Below, piece after piece: positions 20,717 through 31,201 of a stretch of 64,000 nucleotides of DNA. Source of the stretch: Nitrosopumilaceae archaeon (lineage in GTDB: Archaea; Thermoproteota; Nitrososphaeria; Nitrososphaerales; Nitrosopumilaceae); NCBI GenBank assembly GCA_965214835.1, contig CBDCCK010000002.1, positions 992,001-1,056,000 on the forward strand. The letters are read 5' to 3'. The translations under genes were made by a program, and so were the position numbers. Numbering within the stretch: the first letter of the stretch is position 1; the number at the start of each line of letters is the position of its first letter. Below the pieces are notes generated by a model. It ran no database searches. It saw only the letters and a list, made by a program, of their open reading frames with translations, and was not told the origin of the DNA.

Positions 20717-20997
20717 CCTCGTACCATACAAAGCATCATTATATTTGCCGTATTGTGACATGCCTTTGAGCACGTAACACACACGGAAACCTAATGTCAT
20801 ACAAGGTACGTGTCAGACCCGCGGTCCACAACATGTATGGCTACAGCACAAAGACCGCATCAAAGCACCAACAAAACGTGCATATGCCACTGCAAGCCCT
20901 GTTTGCTCACGGGATCGGCACTACGTGGGATATGGCAAAGGCCCACCAGGCGCAAGAGAAGTGACTCATAGCCGGCAAGTCCTGACCTGCATGGAGG

Positions 20998-21912
20998 CTA
21001 GTCTGTCTGGTACACTAGGTGAAGGGTGGGGGATTTTTTTGCCGCCCCTATCGCGTTTTTTACCCACGTGTTCGGGAACACGATATTCTTTGGGATGAAG
21101 ATGTCCGTGGATTCGACCCCCGGAACATCCCTGATCTCCTGGGTGATCTCGTCCAGCTTGAAGATATTGTCGCTGTACAAGAAGAGAACGATCTGGTTCC
21201 TTGTCAGAAACGGAATCTGCATGTAGATTTCTCCAAACTTCCTGTCAAACTCCTTTTTGAGTTCCTTCACATCCCCCGAAATCCAGGTCAGCACCACGTA
21301 TGGGATGTAGTTTTCCAGCTTTGACGGATCATACATTGTCGTAAACTGGATGTTCTCGTTCCTAGACAGCTTGTCCAGCGATCTTGTCACCGTCTTGGTC
21401 GAGAACCCCGTCTCCCTTGCAACGTCCTCGATCTTCTTCCTTGGGTTCTTTAGCAGCTTGTCAACAACCTCTAGGTCCGTCCTTGTGAGGTTTGACCCTG
21501 CAATGTCCGTCTTTGCCTCAAAAATAGTCAGGATCCTGACATCCTTCATGACACTCTTTGCAAGCTCAATCTTATTCTTGACATCGTCTTTTACGACAAT
21601 GCCACAGACGGTTATTCCCCCGACACACGGGACGATAAAGAAGGGCTCTCCGATAAGCTTTATCTGCTCGATCTTCTCTTCAACCTCGCCTCCGGAAATA
21701 ACCGCATAGAAGATTCCGTATCCCAGTGCCGGAGGCTCGATCTTTACCGTATATCCCTTGATGACCTTTGCCCCCTCCAGCTTTTTTATCCTAGAGCTGA
21801 CCGCGCTTCCGGAGATTCCCACATCCCTGCCGATCTGCCTGTCTGATTCCCTGCAGTTGTTCATCAGGTGGCTGAGAATCTGCATGTCGATTTTGTCCAT
21901 TTTGTCAAGCAT
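20998..21912 (-). CDS. Lrp/AsnC-family regulator with duplicated wHTH
   Basis: MDKIDMQIL..L..N.R.S..QI...VGIS..AV..RI..LE and a second LTRTDLEVV..L..NPR..I..VA..TGFS.KTV HTH. Confidence 0.88.
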   Translation of the reverse strand: MLDKMDKIDMQILSHLMNNCRESDRQIGRDVGISGSAVSSRIKKLEGAKVIKGYTVKIEPPALGYGIFYAVISGGEVEEKIEQIKLIGEPFFIVPCVGGITVCGIVVKDDVKNKIELAKSVMKDVRILTIFEAKTDIAGSNLTRTDLEVVDKLLKNPRKKIEDVARETGFSTKTVTRSLDKLSRNENIQFTTMYDPSKLENYIPYVVLTWISGDVKELKKEFDRKFGEIYMQIPFLTRNQIVLFLYSDNIFKLDEITQEIRDVPGVESTDIFIPKNIVFPNTWVKNAIGAAKKSPTLHLVYQTD

Positions 21913-21935
21913 TGACCTATTTTACTATTAATTAC

Positions 21936-21955
21936 TTACTGAAATTTACTGAAAT
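21936..21955. promoter_or_regulatory. Tandem 10-bp direct repeat in a divergent promoter (candidate operator)
   Basis: TTACTGAAAT x2 in the AT-rich gap between the regulator and the ABC operon; TATA-like TTATATATAA downstream. Confidence 0.4.
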
Positions 21956-22015
21956 GTCTGGTTTGTTAGCACTAGGCACAATATACATTATATATAAGAC
22001 TATTTTGATTATACC

Positions 22016-23203
22016 ATGGATTACCGGGTCAATCTTGCCAAACGAATGCTGTCAAACAAGAAAGGTAGCCTTATGGGCGCGGTACTGGCCGTCTCGATCG
22101 GAATTCTGGTGATTCATGTCAACTTTGTAATATTCCAGGGGCTCTTTGATGCATTCATTCGGGACATGTCCGACTATAGATTCGGGGACATTTACGTGAC
22201 CGACGAGGAGGACTATATCGAAAAATCCGACGTGACCCTAGTCAACTGGTTTGAAAGGATTCCCTATGTGGAGGCCGCCACGCCGCGGCTGTCGTCCTCG
22301 GCTGCAGTCAACGCCACGTCGTTTGGAGAAAGAATCGAGGAGTTCCGAATCCAGGTTGTGGGGGTGGATCCGCTGACCGACACGCGGGCATCCACCATAT
22401 ACCAGACGGTCGTTGATGGCGACTATGTCATGTCGAGGAACTCGATGGTCGTCGGCTCCATCGTAGCCAGGGATCTGGGGGGCGTCCGGGTCGGGGACAG
22501 CCTGCAGATCAAGATCGTAGACAGGTGGGGGGAGGATCAAGTCAAGCGGTTCCTGGTCTCCGGAATCGCAGACTCCCCCGGGGGGCAGGGACTTGATACG
22601 AGCATAATCATTCACATCGATACCTTGCGTGACATGCTGGACAGGACCGGTGAATCCCAGTCAATCCTGGTCAAGCTCAACGATCCGACCAAGGCAGCCG
22701 AGGTCAGGGATCTGTTCATAGAGTCCTTTCCTGCCGACGACTTTAGGGCCGAGACGATAGAAGAGTCTGCAGAAGAGTCACTGCGTGGGTTTCGTTCCGG
22801 CATTGCCATGATTAACATGATTGGAATGATCGGCATGATGTCATCGGCGTTTGCCATAGTCACCATCCAGATGATGCTTGTTACCAGCAAGACCAGGGAG
22901 ATTGGCGTCATGCGCGCGATCGGTGCAAAGCGCAGGGACGTTCTTATTTTATTCATCGTACAGGGAATGATCATAGGGGCAATCGGCGCCGGCGTGGGCA
23001 CGGCCATAGGCTTGGGATACACCACCTATGCCAAGGAGACCAACATGTCCTTTGATGGCAGCATCGAGCTGGAGGTATCGTATGACTGGGAAAAAATCAT
23101 CCAGACGGCACTGACTGCGTTTGCTCTGGCCGTTGTCGCCTCGATATATCCTGCCTATCGCGCCACCAAACTTCAGCCCGTGGAGGCGATGAGATCTGTC
23201 TAG
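22016..23203 (+). CDS. ABC transporter permease (MacB/LolE/FtsX family)
   Basis: N-terminal TM, large extracellular domain, KTREIGVMRAIGA, PAYRATKLQPVEAMR. Confidence 0.93.
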   Translation: MDYRVNLAKRMLSNKKGSLMGAVLAVSIGILVIHVNFVIFQGLFDAFIRDMSDYRFGDIYVTDEEDYIEKSDVTLVNWFERIPYVEAATPRLSSSAAVNATSFGERIEEFRIQVVGVDPLTDTRASTIYQTVVDGDYVMSRNSMVVGSIVARDLGGVRVGDSLQIKIVDRWGEDQVKRFLVSGIADSPGGQGLDTSIIIHIDTLRDMLDRTGESQSILVKLNDPTKAAEVRDLFIESFPADDFRAETIEESAEESLRGFRSGIAMINMIGMIGMMSSAFAIVTIQMMLVTSKTREIGVMRAIGAKRRDVLILFIVQGMIIGAIGAGVGTAIGLGYTTYAKETNMSFDGSIELEVSYDWEKIIQTALTAFALAVVASIYPAYRATKLQPVEAMRSV

Positions 23204-23204
23204 G

Positions 23205-23903
23205 GTGCTTGAGACCAGGGGCCTTGGCAAAGTCTACGGAGAGGGCGACACCGAGGTCCGCGCACTGCAGGATGTCTCCTTCTCGGTGGAAAAGGGGGAG
23301 ATCCTGCTTGTCGTGGGAAGCTCCGGCTCTGGAAAGTCCACCCTGCTGAATATGATAGGGCTGCTTGACAGGCCCACGTCCGGCCAGGTCCTCATCGATG
23401 GCAAGGAGGCCACTATGCTGACCGATGACGGGGTTTCGGCCTTTAGAAACTCAAAGCTGGGGTTTATCTTCCAGTTTTCAAACCTGCTCCCGGATCTGAC
23501 CGTGCTGGAAAACGTGATGCTGCCACGTGAAATCCAAAGCAGCAACGGCGGCTCCATGAAGGATGCAAAGGAGCTTCTCAGGGCCGTGGGACTGGAAGAC
23601 CAGATGCACAAGCGCGCCAATCAAATCTCCGGAGGCCAGGCGCAAAGGGCTGCCATAGCACGCGGGCTTGTCAACAAGCCGTCCGTCGTTTTGGCAGATG
23701 AGCCGACTGGAAACCTCGACTCTGTTACTGCTAAGACGATTGTCGATCTCATGAAGTCAATGGCAAAAAAACTAGGCCAGACGTTCATTATTGTCACGCA
23801 CGACAGGCACCAGTTTGGGGACGTCGACAGGGTAATCACGATAAAGGACGGCCGCTCATTTGAGGGCGGGGAGCCGACGGTCATGGAGGCACCTGTAAAA
23901 TGA
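23205..23903 (+). CDS. ABC transporter ATP-binding protein (LolD-like)
   Basis: GSSGSGKST, ISGGQAQR, LADEPTGNLD, VTHD. Confidence 0.95.
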   Translation: MLETRGLGKVYGEGDTEVRALQDVSFSVEKGEILLVVGSSGSGKSTLLNMIGLLDRPTSGQVLIDGKEATMLTDDGVSAFRNSKLGFIFQFSNLLPDLTVLENVMLPREIQSSNGGSMKDAKELLRAVGLEDQMHKRANQISGGQAQRAAIARGLVNKPSVVLADEPTGNLDSVTAKTIVDLMKSMAKKLGQTFIIVTHDRHQFGDVDRVITIKDGRSFEGGEPTVMEAPVK

Positions 23904-25189
23904 ACGGGGCAGTCATTTCATTTCTGGTGCTTGCGATGATGAGTCCGGCACTGGCCGACGCATATGGGCAGCTGGTCCAGGGATTCGGAGACTCCCCGTT
24001 TGAGCATGATTTCAGCGATGTAAAGTTCCTTGACGCATACTTTGGCCTAGAGGATGAGAAGTTCGAGGTGGGCGCAGGCGACAAAAACGTCCCGCTTACG
24101 GTAATTCTGGCCAATGTGGGATCGCAGGACATTATCGGAATACGCGGCCAGCTGGCACTAAACAACCACTTCTCCCCTGCCGATGGCCCCGGGGCGCTGG
24201 TTCTTGCCGATGCCGATTCGAACTCCCTGGCCGGGGATAATTTTGCCCTGACATTTTTTGTCAATGTTGATGATGGCGCGCCGCTGCAGCAATACCCCGG
24301 AACCGTCAAGGTGGACTATTCCCGACTGCGCGAATCCGGAGTCAGGACAGCATATTTTGACTTTGATTTCAAACTTACCGGGGACAGCATAATCAACATG
24401 CGCGCCGTAGATCCGTTTCTGACATCCCTGCAGGAGAACAGGGTCGTAATTGAAATCTCAAATGATGGCACCGCACCCGTCTCCGATGTGGAGCTGGAAC
24501 TGCAAAACACACAGACTGCAATCTCCTCGACCTCCACCTCCGTCACAAACGTGGAAAACGTAGTCATTCTGGACAGCAACTGGGAGGTTGGGTATATCGG
24601 CCCCGGAGAGTCGAAATTTCTGGAGTTCCTCGTCTATGTTCCCGAATCCCTCAAGGGCGAATCGCTGAGGACCCCGATGTCTGTCTCCTACTTTAACGCC
24701 CATGGCGACGTTCACACTCTTGATCGAGTGGTGGATTTTTTTGTACAGGGATTAATTGATCTTACTGTTTATGACGTGCAGGGAAGGATTGTCGGCGACA
24801 GGCAGCTGATCACGGGGGAGGTCATCAACGAGGGAAACGAGGACGCAATGTTTGCATTCGTCACACTGAGCCCGCTAGGCGGCTCTAATCTTAAGGAAAC
24901 TAGGCAGTTTCTAGACGAGATTGAAATCGACTCCCCGGTACCATTCAACATCCCAGTAGCGTTTGATGGCGATCCCCGCTACGGTGAGCATGACGTAAAG
25001 ATCACGGTTCGCTACAAGGACAATCTGCGCGCTGAGCGGTTTGAGATCCATGAGGCGGCCATCCTAGTCGAGGATCCCAATATCGGCGCAGAGGAACCCG
25101 ACAATACGGCGCTAGTAGTAATCCCGATAGCGGCGGGAATAGGAATGCTGCTTTACATGCGCAAAAGAAGATCTAGGCCTGCCAGCTAG
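23900..25189 (+). CDS. S-layer-domain-like exported protein (COG1361-like) with C-terminal TM anchor
   Basis: Signal peptide, repeated N.G beta-sandwich motifs, C-terminal TM plus basic tail; follows the ABC genes. Confidence 0.75.
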   Translation: MNGAVISFLVLAMMSPALADAYGQLVQGFGDSPFEHDFSDVKFLDAYFGLEDEKFEVGAGDKNVPLTVILANVGSQDIIGIRGQLALNNHFSPADGPGALVLADADSNSLAGDNFALTFFVNVDDGAPLQQYPGTVKVDYSRLRESGVRTAYFDFDFKLTGDSIINMRAVDPFLTSLQENRVVIEISNDGTAPVSDVELELQNTQTAISSTSTSVTNVENVVILDSNWEVGYIGPGESKFLEFLVYVPESLKGESLRTPMSVSYFNAHGDVHTLDRVVDFFVQGLIDLTVYDVQGRIVGDRQLITGEVINEGNEDAMFAFVTLSPLGGSNLKETRQFLDEIEIDSPVPFNIPVAFDGDPRYGEHDVKITVRYKDNLRAERFEIHEAAILVEDPNIGAEEPDNTALVVIPIAAGIGMLLYMRKRRSRPAS

Positions 25190-25192
25190 GAC

Positions 25193-26314
25193 TCACTGCT
25201 CCAGCGCGTCTAGGATGTCATGAAGATTGTTAGGTCCCAGCCGCACGGAGATGACCCGCCTTGTTTTGAGCGCGATCCTTGCATTATCCCCAAAGCGCGT
25301 CTCGGAGATGTCTGCAAACTTGGAACCCCTTTGAGGCTTTATCCTGCCAAAAAACTTCTCTAGGACATATGTTTTTGCCATGCCTCTTATGTCGTTCTCC
25401 CTTCCCTCCAGCGGAATGTGGCAGCAAAGCCCCGACTTTATGACGTATTCGCACATGGAATCCGCAAACCCCACGGGAAAAATCTGATTCGTTACCGGCA
25501 GTGAGATCCTAGACACCCTGTTATTTGCTGCAACGATGATGCACAGGTGAACCATTGAGCTCTGCCAGTCAAGCTGATTTGAGACCCTGGATCCCGGCCC
25601 AAAATTGTAGAATTCCAGCTCGACATCCTCCTGTGCTGTAAATCGTATGACCCTGTTGAGAAGCTTTGCAATCTTGACCAGCTCCGACCTCTTTTTGTAC
25701 GGTACGATGATCTTTACGTCATATCCCTGCCTTATTGCCTCGATGCACGAGACGGCTGACACCTCGTCATATATCGGACAAAGCGTTTGCCGCTGCAGGG
25801 AAAAGTTTACAGCCCCCCCGTGGCCGTCGTCTAGGAATATGCAGACATATGCCGACTTTTTTGTGATGTAGGTGTACAGCAGCTTGTCATACCTGTTCTC
25901 CGTACCCGGGGCCGCACCCTGCTCTGACTTTTTTTCGATGATTGACGAGGTGATGGCAATTTCGGCGTCCTTTGGTACAAATCCACTCGCACTTCCCTCA
26001 ACCTTGACGAGAAATCTCTCCCCCCTTAGAAGCAGGCTCCCCCCCAGCCTTGTAACCTCTGCCACAATTGACCTTAAATCCGGATCCGCCCTTCTTGCAA
26101 TGGCGATTCTTGATATGCCAAACAGCTGGTTTATTGCAGAGGACGCAAGGACTGGATCATTTGCCCCTACGATGACTATGTCACCGTCCCTTCTTACGAA
26201 CTCGAACTTTTGACCCGCCGTCTTTAGGATTTTTTTTATGTTGGAGATCAGCTGCGGCATCTTTGGCTTTGAAAATTCCGAGGGAAAAACCACGACAAAG
26301 GCATCGTCCTGCAT
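25193..26314 (-). CDS. THUMP-domain ThiI-like protein with degenerate PP-loop
   Basis: ThiI-like N-terminus (FGIS, FLVKVEG); the SGGIDS position reads IYDEVSAVS. Confidence 0.65.
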   Translation of the reverse strand: MQDDAFVVVFPSEFSKPKMPQLISNIKKILKTAGQKFEFVRRDGDIVIVGANDPVLASSAINQLFGISRIAIARRADPDLRSIVAEVTRLGGSLLLRGERFLVKVEGSASGFVPKDAEIAITSSIIEKKSEQGAAPGTENRYDKLLYTYITKKSAYVCIFLDDGHGGAVNFSLQRQTLCPIYDEVSAVSCIEAIRQGYDVKIIVPYKKRSELVKIAKLLNRVIRFTAQEDVELEFYNFGPGSRVSNQLDWQSSMVHLCIIVAANNRVSRISLPVTNQIFPVGFADSMCEYVIKSGLCCHIPLEGRENDIRGMAKTYVLEKFFGRIKPQRGSKFADISETRFGDNARIALKTRRVISVRLGPNNLHDILDALEQ

Positions 26315-26393
26315 GGTATCCCTAATGCGTGCCGGTTTATAATTTAGAATGCAAGTGGGCAATCATTATAAAACGAGCTGACCTGCTTTAACT

Positions 26394-27119
26394 GTGGCAA
26401 GATTCACCCAGGCAGAGATAGACGAGGCCAATTCCGCGCTGAACACCGCAGAAGACGCGCTGCAGTGGGCATCTGAGAACCTGCATCCAAGGGTTGCAAA
26501 GGCAGCAAGCTTTGGCGCAGAGGATGCAGTAATAATGGACATGATGGTAAGGATCAACCCCGACTTTAGGTTCTTTACCCTGGATACCGGAAGGCTGCCC
26601 CAGGAAACCTATGACATAATGGATACTGTCAGGAAAAAATACAACATACGGGTCGAGGTTCTGTTTCCGGACGCAAGGGAGGTCGAGGAGATGGTCAACT
26701 CCAAGGGAATAAATCTTTTCTATGACAGCGTGGAGAACAGAAGGCTGTGCTGTGAAATCAGAAAAGTCCACCCCATAAACAGGATTCTCAGGGAACTGGA
26801 CGGATGGATTAGCGGCCTGCGAAAGGATCAGACCGAGATTAGAAGCAATACAAGGATGCTGGAGATTGACGAGGGACATGGCGGAATCATCAAGGTCAAT
26901 CCTATAATTGACTGGACATGGGATGACGTATGGAGATACATCAGGAAAAACGATCTGTCATACCACTCCCTACTAGATAGGGGATATACCAGCATCGGAT
27001 GCGAGCCGTGTACCCGTGCCATCAGGCCCGGCGAGGATCTAAGGGCGGGAAGATGGTACTGGGAGCAGGGCGATCACAAGGAGTGCGGCCTTCATATAGA
27101 CCACAAAAAGGGGGTATAG
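26394..27119 (+). CDS. cysH: APS/PAPS reductase (Fe-S type)
   Basis: [32 protein letters not shown]-terminal ECGLH. Confidence 0.93.
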   Translation: MARFTQAEIDEANSALNTAEDALQWASENLHPRVAKAASFGAEDAVIMDMMVRINPDFRFFTLDTGRLPQETYDIMDTVRKKYNIRVEVLFPDAREVEEMVNSKGINLFYDSVENRRLCCEIRKVHPINRILRELDGWISGLRKDQTEIRSNTRMLEIDEGHGGIIKVNPIIDWTWDDVWRYIRKNDLSYHSLLDRGYTSIGCEPCTRAIRPGEDLRAGRWYWEQGDHKECGLHIDHKKGV

Positions 27120-27120
27120 C

Positions 27121-28263
27121 ATGTCAGAAACTCCGGGAATATCCCCGCACGGGGGCATGCTGGTCAACAGAACCTCAAGCCAGGATCCCTCTGGACTGGA
27201 ACCGATTACAATATCCCATGATCTGGCAAACGATGTTGAAAACATTGCAGACGGCATCTTCAGCCCGTTGGAGGGGTTTCTCACCAAATCCGATTTTGAC
27301 AGCGTAGTATCTAGGGGACGCCTGTCCGGTGATCTTGCCTGGACCATTCCCATCGTCCTGGATGTCGATGAAGAGACCTCCAAAAAAGCCAGGGATGCCG
27401 GGGACGTGCTGCTGCAGAATCCTGACGGGACGGGCGTGGCGGTCCTGCACGTGGAGGACGTCTTTACCTGGGACAAGGCAGCAGTATCCCGGGGCGTGTA
27501 TGGAACCACCGACGGCCAGCATCCCGGGGTTGCAAAAACCAACTCGATGAAGGACTATCTCGTCGGGGGAAAGATCGACTATATCCAGAGGCCAGGGGAG
27601 ACCGAGATCAGGAAATACCGGATGACGCCTGAACAAACGAGGAGGGCATTTGCAGACGCCGGATGGAAGACAATCTGCGCGTTTCAGACCAGAAACCCGC
27701 CCCACGTCGCGCATGAAATGCTGCAAAAGACCTCGATCACGACGCGTGATGGCGTCTTTGTCAATCCGCTGATTGGAAGGAAGAAACCGGGCGACTTTGC
27801 AGACGAGGTAATCGTAAAGGCATACGAGACAATGATCCGGAACTATTATCCTGAAAACCGGTGCCGGCTGGCCACACTGCATACCGAAATGAGGTATGCC
27901 GGCCCCAGGGAGGCAATCCATCACGCAGTAATGAGGCAGAACTACGGCTGTACCCACATCATAATCGGGCGCGATCATGCCGGCGTCGGAGACTATTATG
28001 ATCCGTTTGCCGCGCACAAGATCTTTGATGACTATCCGGATCTGGAGATATCTCCGGTATTCTTCCCGGCGTTTTTCTACTGCAGGAGGTGCCTGACGTT
28101 TACCAATCCAAAGGCGTGTCCGCACGACAGCGGTGCGCGCGAGCAGATCAGCGGGACAAGGCTTCGCGAGATGATACAGAGGGGGGAGGCGCCCTCGGAG
28201 TTTATCCTGAGACCCGAGGTGGCCAAGGTCATCATCGACTCCCCCAGGCCGTTTGTAGACTAG
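27121..28263 (+). CDS. sat: Sulfate adenylyltransferase
   Basis: [38 protein letters not shown]. Confidence 0.96.
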   Translation: MSETPGISPHGGMLVNRTSSQDPSGLEPITISHDLANDVENIADGIFSPLEGFLTKSDFDSVVSRGRLSGDLAWTIPIVLDVDEETSKKARDAGDVLLQNPDGTGVAVLHVEDVFTWDKAAVSRGVYGTTDGQHPGVAKTNSMKDYLVGGKIDYIQRPGETEIRKYRMTPEQTRRAFADAGWKTICAFQTRNPPHVAHEMLQKTSITTRDGVFVNPLIGRKKPGDFADEVIVKAYETMIRNYYPENRCRLATLHTEMRYAGPREAIHHAVMRQNYGCTHIIIGRDHAGVGDYYDPFAAHKIFDDYPDLEISPVFFPAFFYCRRCLTFTNPKACPHDSGAREQISGTRLREMIQRGEAPSEFILRPEVAKVIIDSPRPFVD

Positions 28264-28294
28264 GTATTTATCCACGCATCAGAGACGAATCAGT

Positions 28295-28963
28295 GTGTAT
28301 TATGCAGCAATCTTTGTCCTGGCCTGCCTTGTCTTTGTGCCCGCATTTGCCCAGTCCCAGATCAATCCGTCACTGAGCATAGAATCAGTCTACATAGAGC
28401 CCGGGGAGTTCAACAAGATTGCCAGGGAGGCTGCCACAGTTCCCCTGGAGCAGACCCACTCGACAAGCTGGCAGGTAACGCTGGATAACAACCTGATCTA
28501 TGCCAACCCAGAGGGAAGTGCAGTCATGAGGATATACGACGCAAACAGGGAGGAGACCTTCATCGAGGTGGGGATGGGCAGCCCGCCTGACTATACCTTC
28601 TGGGTCGGGGTGCAGCTGCCCGAGGAGGGATACGTCCCGATTCACAACAAGCTTACGCGCGGATGGGGCGAGTTATCCAAGACTATCGTATCCTATACCG
28701 ACAGGGCGGGACTGACCGTAAACAACGGCGCAAGAATAGTAGTTACAAACCTGGACATCGGGGTGTTTGCAGTAGACAGCTATTCCGTGCATGGAAAGGC
28801 AGGCTCCACTGATCCTCCCGCGGTCAACTCCGGCGACTATCACGCCGAGTTCCTGTCCGGCGACCCCTCCGCAAACATCTTCAGCCTGTACCCGTTTATC
28901 CTGGCCGCGGCCATCGGGACGCTGGTAGGCGTGCTGTACCTGACTAAGAAGCGCTCCTCTTGA
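28295..28963 (+). CDS. Hypothetical exported protein with C-terminal TM anchor
   Basis: Signal peptide (VPAFA|Q), C-terminal hydrophobic helix plus KKR. Confidence 0.75.
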   Translation: MYYAAIFVLACLVFVPAFAQSQINPSLSIESVYIEPGEFNKIAREAATVPLEQTHSTSWQVTLDNNLIYANPEGSAVMRIYDANREETFIEVGMGSPPDYTFWVGVQLPEEGYVPIHNKLTRGWGELSKTIVSYTDRAGLTVNNGARIVVTNLDIGVFAVDSYSVHGKAGSTDPPAVNSGDYHAEFLSGDPSANIFSLYPFILAAAIGTLVGVLYLTKKRSS

Positions 28964-29594
28964 AGTAGTCGCAGCTTTTCTTGATCCTGCAGACGCCACA
29001 CATCGGGGAGACCGGCTTGCAGATGTTCTGGCCGTACATCACAAACGTATCGTTGATATCCAGCCAGAACTTTCTCGGTATCTTTTTCATCAGATCCCGC
29101 TCTGTCTCCTCCGGCGTCTTTGTATCAACCAGTCCCAGCCGGTTTGAGATCCTGTGCACGTGGATATCCACCGGAATTGCCGGCTTTTCAAACGCATATA
29201 CCAGCACGCAGTTTGCAGTCTTTCTTCCCACGCCTGGCAGCTCCACCAGGCTGTCCAGGTTTTGGGGAACCCTTCCCCCGTATCGCGTGGTGATCACCCT
29301 TGCAACCTCGATTATGCGCCTGGACTTGACGTGGTAGAACCCTATTGACTTGATGATTTTTTCAACGTCCCTTACCCTGGCCCCGGCCAGATCCGCCGCG
29401 GTAGGGTACGTCTTGAACAGCTCCCTGACCACCCTGGCCGTATTCTCGTCCCTTGTACGCGCCGATAGTATAGTCCCGATCAGAATGCTGAACGGCCCGC
29501 CCGTCTCGGCCTCGTGAAGCTCCCTCAGTGCAGTCATTCTCGGCGGCTTTACGGAGTTCATGGTCTTGATCATCCCGTCAAGAATGCGCTTCAT
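28944..29594 (-). CDS. nth: Endonuclease III
   Basis: HhH LPGVGRKTAN, PVDIHV.RI, C-X6-C-X2-C-X5-C. Confidence 0.96.
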   Translation of the reverse strand: MKRILDGMIKTMNSVKPPRMTALRELHEAETGGPFSILIGTILSARTRDENTARVVRELFKTYPTAADLAGARVRDVEKIIKSIGFYHVKSRRIIEVARVITTRYGGRVPQNLDSLVELPGVGRKTANCVLVYAFEKPAIPVDIHVHRISNRLGLVDTKTPEETERDLMKKIPRKFWLDINDTFVMYGQNICKPVSPMCGVCRIKKSCDYFKRSAS

Positions 29595-29645
29595 GCTTCA
29601 AAAATCAACCATACAAGTATTATATCTGTCACTGTGACCTGATGC

Positions 29646-30806
29646 GTGGAGCTGACCAGAGAGGAAGAGTCCGCACTGGGGGGGGAGCACGGTGCAGTGC
29701 AGGAGCTGGCATACAGGATTCTGGTGGCCACCGGGGAGGCAACGGATGCAGAAAGGCTGGTTCCGATAAAATGGGCCCACCTTTCCGGCGTCAACTATAA
29801 TACCATAGGGGATGCAGGCGAGGAGTTTCTTTCCGGACTGAGCAGGGAGGACGGTGCCCGGGTCAGGGTAAGGACCACCCTTAATCCGATGGGCTTTGAC
29901 GGCGACAAGGTGTCAGGATCTGACCTAGATGATAATTTTATCTCAAAACAGCTCAGCATCAGGGATTCCTATGAGAGAATGGGCGTGACTCTTTCCTTTT
30001 CATGCATCCCCTATGAGATATTTGAGATTCCCGAGCCCGGAACACAGGTGGCATTTGCAGAAAGCAACGCCGCAATCCATGCCAACTCCCTGGACGGTCT
30101 GAAGACAAACAAGGAAAGCGCATTCAGCGCACTTGCCAGCGCCCTGACCGGAAAGAGTCCATATTCTGCAATACGCAGGGACGATACCCCTGATGTCACG
30201 ATCCGGATGAAGGTGGACAATCCCGACGAGATGGCCTACGGACTGCTTGGATTCTTTGCAGGCAGGGTGGCAAACAGCTCGGTTGCGATATCGGGGGCAT
30301 CCGAGATGGACACGCGCAGCTGCAAGTCGCTGTGCGGCGGGATGGGAACCTCCGGCACCTGTGCAAAGTTCGAGCTCGGCAGGGGCCCTCCCGGCTCTGA
30401 AAGGGTGGATTTTGACGAAAAGGAGATGCAGAACATCCACGACGAGCTGAACACCGCAGAAAAGGGGGATCTTATCACGCTTGGCAGCCCGCAGCTGGGA
30501 CTGGGGGAGATGAGGGATCTGTCCCTGATGCTCAAGGGGAGGTCATTTTCCAAGAACTGCATGATATTCTGTCCGAGATCCGTCCGGGAGCAGGCAAGAA
30601 GGCTCGGCTATACGAACGAGATTGAGAGGGCCGGGGGGGAGATCCTGTCTGATTGCTGTACCTGCCTGACCCCACTCATTGATCCGGACAGGGTCGATGC
30701 GGTCACCACAAACAGCATCAAGGGGGGTTATTACCTAAAGAACTCCACCGGGGTCGGCGTCAACCTCAAGCCGCTCTCACGTATAATCGAGGACGAGACA
30801 AGATGA
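29646..30806 (+). CDS. Aconitase X catalytic subunit (phosphomevalonate dehydratase large subunit)
   Basis: AHLSGVNY.TIG, TTLNP.G, SCIPY, AESNA, LGSPQ, D.CTC..P, TNS.KG. Confidence 0.88.
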   Translation: MELTREEESALGGEHGAVQELAYRILVATGEATDAERLVPIKWAHLSGVNYNTIGDAGEEFLSGLSREDGARVRVRTTLNPMGFDGDKVSGSDLDDNFISKQLSIRDSYERMGVTLSFSCIPYEIFEIPEPGTQVAFAESNAAIHANSLDGLKTNKESAFSALASALTGKSPYSAIRRDDTPDVTIRMKVDNPDEMAYGLLGFFAGRVANSSVAISGASEMDTRSCKSLCGGMGTSGTCAKFELGRGPPGSERVDFDEKEMQNIHDELNTAEKGDLITLGSPQLGLGEMRDLSLMLKGRSFSKNCMIFCPRSVREQARRLGYTNEIERAGGEILSDCCTCLTPLIDPDRVDAVTTNSIKGGYYLKNSTGVGVNLKPLSRIIEDETR

Positions 30807-31195
30807 ACAGGGTGATTGTCAAGGGAAGGGCGCGGGGAGCTGTACTAAAGTCTGACGAGCCGATTAACTTTCTGGGAGCCGTCGACAAAAAGACAGGCCG
30901 CATCCGTGACAGGTCGCACCCGCTCTATGAAAAGCCGATGAAGGGTTTTGTACTGGTCTTCCCCCACGGGGTAGGCAGCAGCGTCGGTGCCTATACGATT
31001 TACTCGCTGAAATCCAACGATGCCGCGCCTGCTGCAATGGTCTGCAAAAAGGCAGACCTTACGGTCGCGACCGGCTGCGCACTGGCAGACATACCCCTGG
31101 TTCTGATCAGCGGTGACGAGTTTGACCGGCTATGTGACGGACAGAAAGTCACCGTTGATACCGAGCTCAAGCAAGTATCCGTCACCCACAGGTAG
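30803..31195 (+). CDS. Aconitase X swivel subunit (DUF126; phosphomevalonate dehydratase small subunit)
   Basis: INFLGAVD..TG.I, LVFPHGVGSSVG. Confidence 0.88.
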   Translation: MNRVIVKGRARGAVLKSDEPINFLGAVDKKTGRIRDRSHPLYEKPMKGFVLVFPHGVGSSVGAYTIYSLKSNDAAPAAMVCKKADLTVATGCALADIPLVLISGDEFDRLCDGQKVTVDTELKQVSVTHR

Positions 31196-31201
31196 CAAAT
31201 A

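Noticed and set aside
27175-28275. 366-aa antisense ORF (and similar ones, e.g. 39313-40179, 34385-35125)
   Set aside because: Shadow frames of well-supported genes on the opposite strand, with no recognisable motifs.
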